A stretch of 64,000 bases of DNA from Candidatus Poseidoniales archaeon (GTDB lineage: Archaea; Thermoplasmatota; Poseidoniia; MGIII; CG-Epi1): NCBI GenBank assembly GCA_045567955.1, contig JBJLBX010000013.1, forward strand, positions 2,226-66,225, given 5' to 3'. The notes beneath the pieces are model-generated. The model worked only from the letters and a program-made list of their open reading frames with translations. It made no database searches and had not been told where the DNA came from. Positions within the stretch are counted from its first letter, which is position 1; each line of letters begins with the position of its first letter. Shown piece after piece: positions 14,045 through 22,579 of this stretch. The position numbers and the translations under genes are program-made.

Positions 14045-15747
14045 GCATTTAACTCCTTGAGATTAGTCTCAACTAAATTAACGGCATATTTCAGCATACT
14101 TTCCCCAAATTCAAATTTTGCTCCTGCAGCTTCGAAAAGTTCAGGTAGTGTTGCATTTCCTCCTAGGCTAAGGGCATGTCTGTATTGTTTTACAGCATTT
14201 TTTTGATTTTCTAAAGCATTACCCCATACTTGGATTGCTCCTAATTGAGCCATCCCATATTCTACATAATAGAAGGGAACATGGAAAAGATGGAGTTTAT
14301 TATGCCATCCAGTCGCAATCACATCTTTGAATTCACTTGAATCTAAGTCATCATAAACTTGGAATCGGTTCCAAAGTTCGGTCCATCTTTCGTCACAGTT
14401 TTTAGGTTCTATAGCCATTTCAGGATTGGTATATGCCCAATGTTGAAAAGCATCTACAACAGCCATATATGGTAAGAACATGATGGTTTTTTCTAGATGC
14501 TCTATTCTTGCCCTTTTAGCTTCTTCTTCTTCATAGAATCCACCAAATTCTTTAGTTAGATAAGGTGCAGATAGCAATTCCATGGACATGGAAGCAACTT
14601 CAGCAAATTCCATGCCAACATCTCTTTGAGCCGAATATGGTAACTGATTAGATTCAAAAACATGAAATGCATGTCCACCTTCATGTAACATAGTTTGAAC
14701 ATCACTATGTGTTCCAACTGCATTCATAAAAATAAATGGAACTCTTCTGTGATGGTATTCAGTACAATAACCTCCAGGTGCCTTTCCTTTCCGATTAGCC
14801 AGATCTAGCAGTTTTTCATCTCTCATTATTTTAAAATAATTTCCAAGTTCTGAATCTACTGAGTTGAAAATATTATGACATTTCATTTCTAATTCATCAG
14901 CATTTTTAAAAGGTTTTAAAGGCGTTCGATTAAGCGTATCAACGCTTAAATCCCAAGGTTTGAGTGTTTTTAATCCTAGTTCATCCTTACGTTTTTTTAT
15001 TAATTTATTTGCGAAGGGCATAACTACTTTTTCAATTGCTGAATGGAAGTCTAAGCAATCATCTGGAGTATAATCAAATCGGTTTAGATATTCCCATCTC
15101 CATGATCTATAATTATCATGTTTAGCATTTTTAGCAATATTCATTCGTATTTGTAATATTTTTTTCCACACTTCATTTATCTTATCTCTATCTTTGAGTC
15201 TTCTTTCAGAAGCTAATCTCCAAGCTTTTTCTCTCTTTTTACGGTTAGTTTCCAAAAGAACAGGTCCTAGCTGTGTAATTGTTACTTCTTTATCTTCCCA
15301 TTTAACAGTTTGAGCTCCGATAATTGCATCATATTCTTTTGATAGTTTACTATCTTCCGTTATAAGAGGGAGGTTCTTTTCACAAAATAAATTTACTTCA
15401 CTTTTGATAGCCCGTAGTGGTATTTCAAAATTTTCAGGTACAAAACCACTATCTAACAATTTTTTCCTTAACATTTGATTTTTCGAGCTTGCATTTTCGC
15501 TAATGTCTTTTAGAAATGTATTAAATCTATTCTTAGCATTTTCATCAGTAGTATCCACAGTTGTGGAAACATATACATCAGTACCGACTTCTCCAATTAA
15601 TTCACTAAGATTAGACCAAGATTTCATCCAAGCATTGATGTTGTTTTCATCTATATCTTGGTTTAATAAATTGTCAAAGTAAGGCTCATAATCATTCCAC
15701 TTCCAATTCTGCATTTCTTTGCTTCCACTTGGTAGCTTTAAATTCAT
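14041..15747 (-). CDS. pepF: M3B oligoendopeptidase F-like metallopeptidase
   Basis: 568 aa. HExxH zinc motif HEGGHAFH with a downstream Glu (EFAEVAS). Confidence 0.8.
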   Translation of the reverse strand: MNLKLPSGSKEMQNWKWNDYEPYFDNLLNQDIDENNINAWMKSWSNLSELIGEVGTDVYVSTTVDTTDENAKNRFNTFLKDISENASSKNQMLRKKLLDSGFVPENFEIPLRAIKSEVNLFCEKNLPLITEDSKLSKEYDAIIGAQTVKWEDKEVTITQLGPVLLETNRKKREKAWRLASERRLKDRDKINEVWKKILQIRMNIAKNAKHDNYRSWRWEYLNRFDYTPDDCLDFHSAIEKVVMPFANKLIKKRKDELGLKTLKPWDLSVDTLNRTPLKPFKNADELEMKCHNIFNSVDSELGNYFKIMRDEKLLDLANRKGKAPGGYCTEYHHRRVPFIFMNAVGTHSDVQTMLHEGGHAFHVFESNQLPYSAQRDVGMEFAEVASMSMELLSAPYLTKEFGGFYEEEEAKRARIEHLEKTIMFLPYMAVVDAFQHWAYTNPEMAIEPKNCDERWTELWNRFQVYDDLDSSEFKDVIATGWHNKLHLFHVPFYYVEYGMAQLGAIQVWGNALENQKNAVKQYRHALSLGGNATLPELFEAAGAKFEFGESMLKYAVNLVETNLKELNA

Positions 15748-15781
15748 TAAACACTATAGCCGGCACTATATTTTAGTCTAT

Positions 15782-18184
15782 TCAGTTTAATTTTAATATT
15801 TTGAATAAATTAGGCCCTACTTTTACTTCATCACCTTCTTTAGCTCCTTCTAGTGCTTTTCCGATAGGATTTGTTAAAGGTATTTTTCCATTCTTAGGAT
15901 CAACTTGGTCTGGATTTACAAGTTCAAAATTATGTTCAGTTTCTTTTGTTAAGTTCTTAACTATGACGCTTGAACCAATAGCTGCTACTGGTATTTCTGA
16001 ATTAGTAACTGGTGCGGATGGCTCTTTTACAGCTTTATCGATGCTTTCAATTCTTGCTTCATCAATCTTCTTAGATAAATCTAAATTTTGGCTGCTGAGT
16101 TCATCAGCCTCTTCTTTCATTTCTCTTGTTACTTCTTTATTTTTTGGTACTTCTATTTCCATAGCTTTTATCTTTCTTTCAGTATCTTCTTCATTTCCAA
16201 TGGTGGTTCCTTGGAGAAATTCTAAATCTTCTTTCAATTTTTCATGTTCCGTTCTTTCAGTTTCCAGTGATCTTTCAGCTTGGTTCCTCTCATCCATAGA
16301 AATATTTAGTTCAGCTTTAGCATCATCAAATTGTTTTTTCAAGCTTTCCATTACCTTACTAACTTGTTTTGAAGCATTTTCTAAAGTATCAAGATCTTTT
16401 TTAGTTTTCTTTTTTCTTTCAGTTTCTTCTTTTAATTCATCTTGAATTCCTGCATTAGATGTGTTTTGTTCAGTAACTTGTTCTTGTAATTCTTTTAAAG
16501 AGTCAGTTAGGCCAATGATTTCACCTTCTTTTGCTCTATATTTTTCAGATTCTTGCTGTAATTCTACAATCGTTTCTCTTTCTAAATCCAATTCACTTAA
16601 TGTAACAGCTGCCTTTTCTCTTGCTGAGGATAGGTCTTTTTTGGCTTTTTCTATGCTACTAGTAAGTGTTGTAAATTTGTCATTTATACGTTTTTTATTC
16701 TTTTCCATAAGTTTCACTTCTCTATCTAATTCTTTTCTTCTTTGTGCAGCTTCATTACGTTCAGCTTTAGCTGCTTTTTCTCTTTCATTTGATTCTAAGG
16801 TATGCTGTTCATAATCCATTATCTCTTTTTCAAGATTATTCTTTTCTTCAACTGTTTTATCATATGCTGCTTTTACAGAGTCATAAGATTCTAGAGCACT
16901 AATGGTTTCAGGTTTTTCAATTTTTAGTTTCTTTTCAGCTTCTATTGCTTTTTCCTCAGCATCTTCACTCATTTTCCTTAAAGAACCAATTTCACGCGTC
17001 ATTCTATCACTTAATCTCATATCATTTTCATGTTTAGCTCTCAAATCTTCAATTTCAGTTTCGAGATTTGTTTTCGCGGCTAAATCATCATTTAGTTCTT
17101 TTTCAGCCATCCTAGACCTTTTTTCAACTTCGGAAGTGGCTATCCTAGCAGTTTTTAGTTTACTTTCTAATGAATTGTTTAAAGTTTCTACGCTCTGATT
17201 GAGTGCAGTTAACCTATCTAATTCAATATTTAAATCATCAATTCCATCATAATCAATGCCTTCTGCAGCTGTTTTTACGTCCTGTATTTTTTTCTCAGCA
17301 TTCCTTAATTTTTCCTCAGTATCCTCGAATTCTTGAAGGAGATCTTTGTTTTTCTCAATTTCTCCGTCTTGTATATTTTGTTGTCTTTCAATTAAATCTT
17401 GTTTTTTCAATATGTGTTGCCATTCTTCATCAATATTTCCGAGGATATACAGTGTACCTCCACCTGTTAGAACACTTCCCAATAGAACAACAAAGAAACC
17501 AATTCCCGGGCTCCATGTAATTGGCGTAACTCTTGCAACAATTATGTCTGCAGTACCTTCATTTTCAGCCTTAACAGTTTCTATACAAGAACCACTGCCG
17601 TAAAAAGTTAGAGGAGTGCTGACTATACAACCTAATTGGGATTCTTGACCTAATTCTGTACTTATGGCCGCTTCATCTTCCATTAATGCACCTGGCCATG
17701 CCATAGCGAATAATCCTGTAGTCAAGGAACCTAATACTAGGACTAGTATTGCTGAATATTTCAAGTTTTTAAGAACTTTCCTTAAATTTTTCTTATGTAA
17801 ATGTTTGATAGAGTCATTTGCCATATATGCAACAGCCATAGCCATAATCGCAGTACCATAAGCCAAACGTTCTATATTTTTCACTGCATTAATTTTGTTT
17901 ATACAAGATTCACAGTCTATTGAATAGTCATGATTTTCTTTAATGGCGTCATCAGAAGTAAATTTAACATATTTTGATAGATAATAACTGTATTCAAAAT
18001 AATATGAAGCTCCGGTAGCTTCTCCAGTATCTGGATCTACATTCTGTATTGTTCCGTTAACTTCAAACCATTCAGCATAATCTCCACTACTATGAATTGA
18101 GATTAGTATGACTAAGAAAGTAACAATGGCGACCGCTTGTATTTGTTGTAATTGCTCTTTCATGTGGACTACTTTTTGTCCCAC
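15782..18184 (-). CDS. 4-TM membrane anchor + ~470-aa coiled coil + GreA/GreB-like C-terminal domain protein
   Basis: Hydrophobic helices at aa ~17-30, 108-122, 143-163 and 225-247. An uninterrupted K/E/L heptad-rich region spans aa ~250-725. The C-terminal 70 aa match the Gre-factor CTD pattern. The true start may be the ATG at 18163 (see the TATA feature). Confidence 0.8.
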   Translation of the reverse strand: MGQKVVHMKEQLQQIQAVAIVTFLVILISIHSSGDYAEWFEVNGTIQNVDPDTGEATGASYYFEYSYYLSKYVKFTSDDAIKENHDYSIDCESCINKINAVKNIERLAYGTAIMAMAVAYMANDSIKHLHKKNLRKVLKNLKYSAILVLVLGSLTTGLFAMAWPGALMEDEAAISTELGQESQLGCIVSTPLTFYGSGSCIETVKAENEGTADIIVARVTPITWSPGIGFFVVLLGSVLTGGGTLYILGNIDEEWQHILKKQDLIERQQNIQDGEIEKNKDLLQEFEDTEEKLRNAEKKIQDVKTAAEGIDYDGIDDLNIELDRLTALNQSVETLNNSLESKLKTARIATSEVEKRSRMAEKELNDDLAAKTNLETEIEDLRAKHENDMRLSDRMTREIGSLRKMSEDAEEKAIEAEKKLKIEKPETISALESYDSVKAAYDKTVEEKNNLEKEIMDYEQHTLESNEREKAAKAERNEAAQRRKELDREVKLMEKNKKRINDKFTTLTSSIEKAKKDLSSAREKAAVTLSELDLERETIVELQQESEKYRAKEGEIIGLTDSLKELQEQVTEQNTSNAGIQDELKEETERKKKTKKDLDTLENASKQVSKVMESLKKQFDDAKAELNISMDERNQAERSLETERTEHEKLKEDLEFLQGTTIGNEEDTERKIKAMEIEVPKNKEVTREMKEEADELSSQNLDLSKKIDEARIESIDKAVKEPSAPVTNSEIPVAAIGSSVIVKNLTKETEHNFELVNPDQVDPKNGKIPLTNPIGKALEGAKEGDEVKVGPNLFKILKLN
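15785..15997 (-). other. GreA/GreB C-terminal-domain-like module
   Basis: AAIGSSVIVKNLTKETEHNFELVNPDQVDPKNGKIPLTNPIGKALEGAKEGDEVKV aligns position by position with E. coli GreA [56 protein letters not shown] (recalled from memory). Confidence 0.65.
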
Positions 18185-18188
18185 CTCC

Positions 18189-18196
18189 TATTTAAA
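18189..18196 (-). promoter_or_regulatory. putative TATA box (TTTAAATA) for the coiled-coil gene
   Basis: Consensus-like archaeal TATA read on the minus strand. It sits only ~5 nt from the GTG at 18184 but ~26 nt upstream of the in-frame ATG at 18163, which suggests a leaderless mRNA starting there. Confidence 0.45.
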
Positions 18197-18248
18197 GTTT
18201 CCTTTTTAGCGTTATTGTTTTTATTGTGTTTGTGCTAATATTCCCTCA

Positions 18249-18280
18249 GTTAACATTTTAACACCATGATTCTGTTAACA
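18249..18280. promoter_or_regulatory. two GTTAACA motifs 25 bp apart in the divergent intergenic region
   Basis: cAGTTAACAttt at 18249-18255 and cTGTTAACAatt at 18274-18280. The palindromic GTTAAC cores bracket an A/T-rich TATA-like stretch (ATTTTAAC) ~27 nt upstream of the ATG at 18285. Confidence 0.3.
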
Positions 18281-18284
18281 ATTA

Positions 18285-21200
18285 ATGAAGGTCTGTCCGG
18301 TCTGTCAATATGAAGAAGAACAAGATGATGAAGTGTCTTGTGCTATTTGTGGTTCAGATCTTGAATCTGAAGGTAGTATTATAGAAGAAATATCTTCAGC
18401 AAGTTCAGATATTAGTGAAGGAAAAAGTGGTGAGGTGAGTTCTGATATTGTTGAAGACAAAGCGACTTCTGAAAGTGATATTGAAGAATCTAGTTCTACT
18501 ACTGAATCCTCCATGACTGATGACGAAAAAGCAATGGAGGAGGTTTTATCAGCTTCAGAGGTTTCATCTTCAGATAAATCAGATAGTTCAAGTTCTTTTT
18601 CAGAGGTATTTTCCACTATTAAGGAATCGTTTGGAACTTTCTTTGGAAGACTTGATGGTTTTTTTAAGACAGATTCAAAAATAAATTATAAAGCTCCTTT
18701 AATGGCTCTCGTTGTCTCAATACTCTTATTTTTTTCAGTTATAGGCTTAGCAGTAACAACTGTTCCTTTACCAGATGAAGAATCTTCTGATGGCATGTTA
18801 CCTGTGTCTCCTTATCGTAAGAATGGAGTTGATATAGGAAGAGGAGTTTCCGATCCCTTTACAGGAGAGCCATTTAATTGTGAGATATGGGATGGTTTGG
18901 TTTATGAAGAATTTAGGGTAGAGGATGCTGAAGATCCTCTGATTACTTATGCAGTTACAGACACGAACCAAAGTGGAACCGTAGATAATAGCGAAAGGTA
19001 TGGTTGCTTTGTGAATATGAGTTGGATGAGTGGTATTTCGATTGTGTTTTTCAATATATGTTTATTTGTTTGTGCCTTATATCTGTATAATTCCGTTACA
19101 AATAAGTCAATACTTCAACCAATAATAGCCTTTGGTTTAGCTGAAGTTGTTTTATTTGTTATTTATGGTGGTATTCTCAATAAACTAATTGAGCCTTTAC
19201 TTTTGACAGTTGGTTTGGTTTGTACAATTTGTCTAATAGTTTCGGTAGGTGTGCTACTTGCTCGAGTAGTAAGAGAACGTACATTAGATGATCCACCTAG
19301 TTTAACTTTTTATTTGTTTATGATTGCTGTAGCACTACTGATTTCGTCAGTATTTTTCAATTATGCTCAGGGACCTTATTTAATTTGTACAGATGAGTAT
19401 GGTACTTCTCCACGAACAGAAATTATAGATGGCAATGTAACATTTATGGATTCTGAATTAGAGGAGATGAGAGCTAATATTGATTTTGAAGAACAAACAG
19501 TTTGTCAGAGAGTAGGGTACAAAGCATTACTTGTGAAACCATTCTATCTGGAGGGTGGCGGTTCAGATAGTATGATTCTTCTTTTAGCTTCAACATTTAT
19601 TTTCATAGGGGCTGGTAATTGGCTAATTTCAAGCACTAAAATTAGGGATATAGATGAAGCTAAATATATGACAATGATAATTTCAGGCCTTGTTTTACAA
19701 TTCTTGATTTTAGCGTATAATTTAGTTACAAACGGGGACGATGGTCTTGTTTTAGATACGAATGATACAATGTTAACAGTAATGGCCGTTGGTGTCGCTT
19801 CGGTTGGGCTTTTTTCATTTTATAAAAAACGTAAAGGTGATGCCAGCTCAATGGGTGTTGCATACTTTGGTATTTTTGCAGCAGGTATTTTTGCCTTATT
19901 TGGAACTTTTTTATCTCCAATATTAATAGGCGGTAATGACATAGAGATACCAAAAGATAGTGAAGGTAGATTGTATCTTTTATTAACTACTTTAGTCACG
20001 GCAATAGGATTCTGGTTAAGTTATAAATTTGGTTCAAAAAAGTTGCAAGAATTTTCAATTGCAAGCGATATGGCTATGCCTAATCGTGAAGATCCTTTTG
20101 CTCCAACAGTGCCAGGTCAGCAGGCAGCTATGCCCGAGTGGACTGTGGATTCAGCTATGGAATTCCTTATGCAGGAGTATGGAGATGAATTTCAGATTGA
20201 GCTAAAGCATACTACTGAACATACTCCGGATATGGCTCTTGTTGAAAAAACTATGATGGATAATGTGGACCAATCAGTTACTATTAGACAAGGGATAGAA
20301 GTTGATTATAATGTTAAATTTGAGGAAATAGCAGAGGCATATTCAACAACAAGAGACACAGTAGATGAAGTGATTACTCATTTAACTTCAGGTAAAAATA
20401 TTATGTTGTTCGGTGAGCCAGGAACTGGTAAAACTGCTTTATCAAATATATTATTGACAAAACTTTGTGGTGAGATAGATCAGCCTAATGGAAGTAAGGC
20501 TCCTAACTATACCATTGTGACTGCTAATGCCGAATGGTCTAATTTTGATGTTATTGGTGGTATTTCACCAGACGATTCAGGTGGTTATTATTTCAAGGAT
20601 GGATATGTAGCTGAGGCAGCTAAATTATGTGAAAAATCTATAGTTGAAACAGGAAGGCCCCATTATCTTGTAATTGATGAGTTTAATAGAGCCAATATCG
20701 ACGAAGCATTTGGTAAATTATTTACTGTTTTTGAATATAGAGATAAACAGCCATTATTGACGCATAAGGAAACTGGCGGAGCTCCATTTATGATGCCACC
20801 TGAGTTCAGAATTATTGGGACGATGAATACCCAAGATAAGAATACTCTTTTCAATGTAGGTTTTGCATTAATGCGTCGTTTTGCATTTGTTGAGATTGGT
20901 TTACCAGATCCTAGTGATGAATATAATAGAATGCCAGTATTCGTATATTTCAAGTTGAAGAAACTAGGTTTAGTTCCAGATAGGCCTGAAGGAGATGAAC
21001 TTTGGAAATTTGGAGAAAAATGTAAACACTTCCCAAGTCGTAAGTTTGATTTTTATGATGATGATGGTAATATGTATAAATGTCATGAAAAGTTAGTTAA
21101 ATTTTTAGCACCAGATGAGACGCCTAAACGTGGTGACGAAGTAGCAGTCGGTGTCCGTACTTTCCGTAAAATAGGACCTGCATTGTTGATTGATTCTATG

Positions 21201-21410
21201 GTTACTATTTTCAACTCTATTCAGAAATATGGTCCTGAATTAGCTCTTGATAAGGTTATTCGTTCCAATATTATGCCTTCCTTAGAAGGTTTAGAACGTA
21301 GTGAGATACGCTGTTTATTCTTAAAAGCTAAGGAAGTATTAGGGCCAAATTCAGTGGTAACAGAAACTTTCGATAGAATGGCAAACTCAGATAGTCTAAG
21401 TTTATTCTAA
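18285..21410 (+). CDS. zinc ribbon / acidic Ser-rich linker / ~10-TM domain / McrB-type AAA+ GTPase fusion protein
   Basis: 1041 aa. N-terminus is CPVCQ...CAICG, followed by an S/D/E-rich region (aa 25-110) and ~10 hydrophobic helices (aa 135-590). The C-terminal domain has Walker A GEPGTGKT, Walker B/NRA LVIDEFNRANIDEAFG and the McrB signature IIGTMNTQDKN...ALMRRFAFVEI. Confidence 0.85.
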   Translation: MKVCPVCQYEEEQDDEVSCAICGSDLESEGSIIEEISSASSDISEGKSGEVSSDIVEDKATSESDIEESSSTTESSMTDDEKAMEEVLSASEVSSSDKSDSSSSFSEVFSTIKESFGTFFGRLDGFFKTDSKINYKAPLMALVVSILLFFSVIGLAVTTVPLPDEESSDGMLPVSPYRKNGVDIGRGVSDPFTGEPFNCEIWDGLVYEEFRVEDAEDPLITYAVTDTNQSGTVDNSERYGCFVNMSWMSGISIVFFNICLFVCALYLYNSVTNKSILQPIIAFGLAEVVLFVIYGGILNKLIEPLLLTVGLVCTICLIVSVGVLLARVVRERTLDDPPSLTFYLFMIAVALLISSVFFNYAQGPYLICTDEYGTSPRTEIIDGNVTFMDSELEEMRANIDFEEQTVCQRVGYKALLVKPFYLEGGGSDSMILLLASTFIFIGAGNWLISSTKIRDIDEAKYMTMIISGLVLQFLILAYNLVTNGDDGLVLDTNDTMLTVMAVGVASVGLFSFYKKRKGDASSMGVAYFGIFAAGIFALFGTFLSPILIGGNDIEIPKDSEGRLYLLLTTLVTAIGFWLSYKFGSKKLQEFSIASDMAMPNREDPFAPTVPGQQAAMPEWTVDSAMEFLMQEYGDEFQIELKHTTEHTPDMALVEKTMMDNVDQSVTIRQGIEVDYNVKFEEIAEAYSTTRDTVDEVITHLTSGKNIMLFGEPGTGKTALSNILLTKLCGEIDQPNGSKAPNYTIVTANAEWSNFDVIGGISPDDSGGYYFKDGYVAEAAKLCEKSIVETGRPHYLVIDEFNRANIDEAFGKLFTVFEYRDKQPLLTHKETGGAPFMMPPEFRIIGTMNTQDKNTLFNVGFALMRRFAFVEIGLPDPSDEYNRMPVFVYFKLKKLGLVPDRPEGDELWKFGEKCKHFPSRKFDFYDDDGNMYKCHEKLVKFLAPDETPKRGDEVAVGVRTFRKIGPALLIDSMVTIFNSIQKYGPELALDKVIRSNIMPSLEGLERSEIRCLFLKAKEVLGPNSVVTETFDRMANSDSLSLF
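20380..20930 (+). other. McrB-family (AAA_5) GTPase domain
   Basis: Co-linear with recalled E. coli McrB FIIDEINRANLSKVFGE...YIIGLMNTADRS...ALRRRFSFIDI. Here the sequence is LVIDEFNRANIDEAFGK...RIIGTMNTQDKN...ALMRRFAFVEI. Confidence 0.8.
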
Positions 21411-21418
21411 GGTTAAGT

Positions 21419-21610
21419 CTAATGAGCGTGCATATCATTTCCACAGCACATTGGAGATTTAATCTTTCCACAACCACCAGGACATTTTGAAACGTCTACG
21501 GTTGAACCATCATCCTTAGTGAGTGTAGCGTGGACTAATTCTTTACCACATGCTCCACAATTCATTGCTGCAACTGACATGTCACAATTATGACAAACGT
21601 ATTTTCCCAT
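21419..21610 (-). CDS. small cysteine-rich (probable metal-binding) protein
   Basis: 63 aa with 8 Cys arranged as CxxC, CxxC, CPGGC and CC, and a C-terminal MHAH. It is the last gene of the minus-strand elp3 cluster. Confidence 0.55.
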   Translation of the reverse strand: MGKYVCHNCDMSVAAMNCGACGKELVHATLTKDDGSTVDVSKCPGGCGKIKSPMCCGNDMHAH

Positions 21611-21643
21611 ATTTATTCAGTAAGATGCTTACTTATAAAATAG

Positions 21644-22576
21644 TCATACCTTTTTTTTTGCAATCAAACTATCTAAATATCTCTTCTTTAATTTGAATCC
21701 ATTCATTTTGGTCAATTTTGTAATTGCTTTATCAAAACTACTTCCATATTGTGCTCCCTTTTTTTTGCGTTCCGAAGCTTCTTTTGGGACTCCGAGATCT
21801 TTAGCAATTTCTCTCAAAATTTTTTTGTTTGAGTTTGAGTCTATTTTTTTATCAGTAGGTAGACTCATTGCTAAAATTATGAGTTTATCGTCAATATAAG
21901 GACTAACAATTTCTTTTCGCATACTATCAGATATCAATTTATCCCTTGAAATTACAAGATTATTCATACGTTTTAATCCTTCCCAACTCTCTTCCTGAAG
22001 TCCTTTGATATCAATACCTCTCCATGTACCTCTTTCACTAACTGATTTTACATGTCTTTGATAGCCTGCAAATAATTCTTCAGCCCCAATTCCACTGTAA
22101 AAGATTTTTTCATCACCTAAACTCATTGCAGCAAGTAAAACAGCAGAAACAGATACTTTAACCATATATTCAATATAATTATCGTCACGAATTATGGGGT
22201 TTGGTAGTATTTTTATAACTTTCAATAATAATTGTTCAATCTCATCTAGTTCAAATTCCTTGGTAATTAGTTCTAATTTTAAAATACGGGCAATTTCTTT
22301 GGAAACTTTAAGATCTTCTGAGCCTTTAATTCCAACACAAAAACATCTAAATGGAGCTTCTTGTTCTTTACATATTTTGGCAATAATGGATGAATCTACC
22401 CCTCCAGACAGAAGAATTCCAAATGGTTCTTTAGGTAAATCTCTTATTATTGATGTTTTTAGAGCTGTAGTAATATTCTGTTTTGTCCCAATAATATTTT
22501 CAATATTCTGAAGGGTTTCAATATGCTTAATCCAGTTTGTCTCAGAGATAGGAAGTTCAATTTGTAAGTTAGGCAT
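21644..22576 (-). CDS. asparagine-synthetase-like PP-loop adenylating enzyme (synthetase domain only, no glutaminase domain)
   Basis: PP-loop LLSGGVDSS, GIGAEELFAGYQRH and the C-terminal KKILREIA...KKKGAQYGS pattern of the Asn_synthase domain. 310 aa, so there is no N-terminal Ntn (Cys1) domain. Confidence 0.75.
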   Translation of the reverse strand: MPNLQIELPISETNWIKHIETLQNIENIIGTKQNITTALKTSIIRDLPKEPFGILLSGGVDSSIIAKICKEQEAPFRCFCVGIKGSEDLKVSKEIARILKLELITKEFELDEIEQLLLKVIKILPNPIIRDDNYIEYMVKVSVSAVLLAAMSLGDEKIFYSGIGAEELFAGYQRHVKSVSERGTWRGIDIKGLQEESWEGLKRMNNLVISRDKLISDSMRKEIVSPYIDDKLIILAMSLPTDKKIDSNSNKKILREIAKDLGVPKEASERKKKGAQYGSSFDKAITKLTKMNGFKLKKRYLDSLIAKKKV

Positions 22577-22579
22577 TTC

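Noticed and set aside
15801-17861. A series of plus-strand ORFs (15801-16445, 16461-16814, 16902-17198, 17203-17520, 17346-17603, 17664-17861) rich in Ser/Phe/Leu.
   Set aside because: They are antisense shadows of the K/E-rich coiled-coil gene, since GAA/AAG/GAG codons read backwards as TTC/CTT/CTC. They are fragmented across frames and have no motifs. The minus-strand ORF is a single 800-aa frame with recognisable domains.
18305-18616. A 103-aa minus-strand acidic/Ser-rich ORF inside the 5' end of the McrB-like gene.
   Set aside because: It is the antisense of the S/D/E-rich linker. It is a compositional artefact, while the plus frame continues for 1041 aa.
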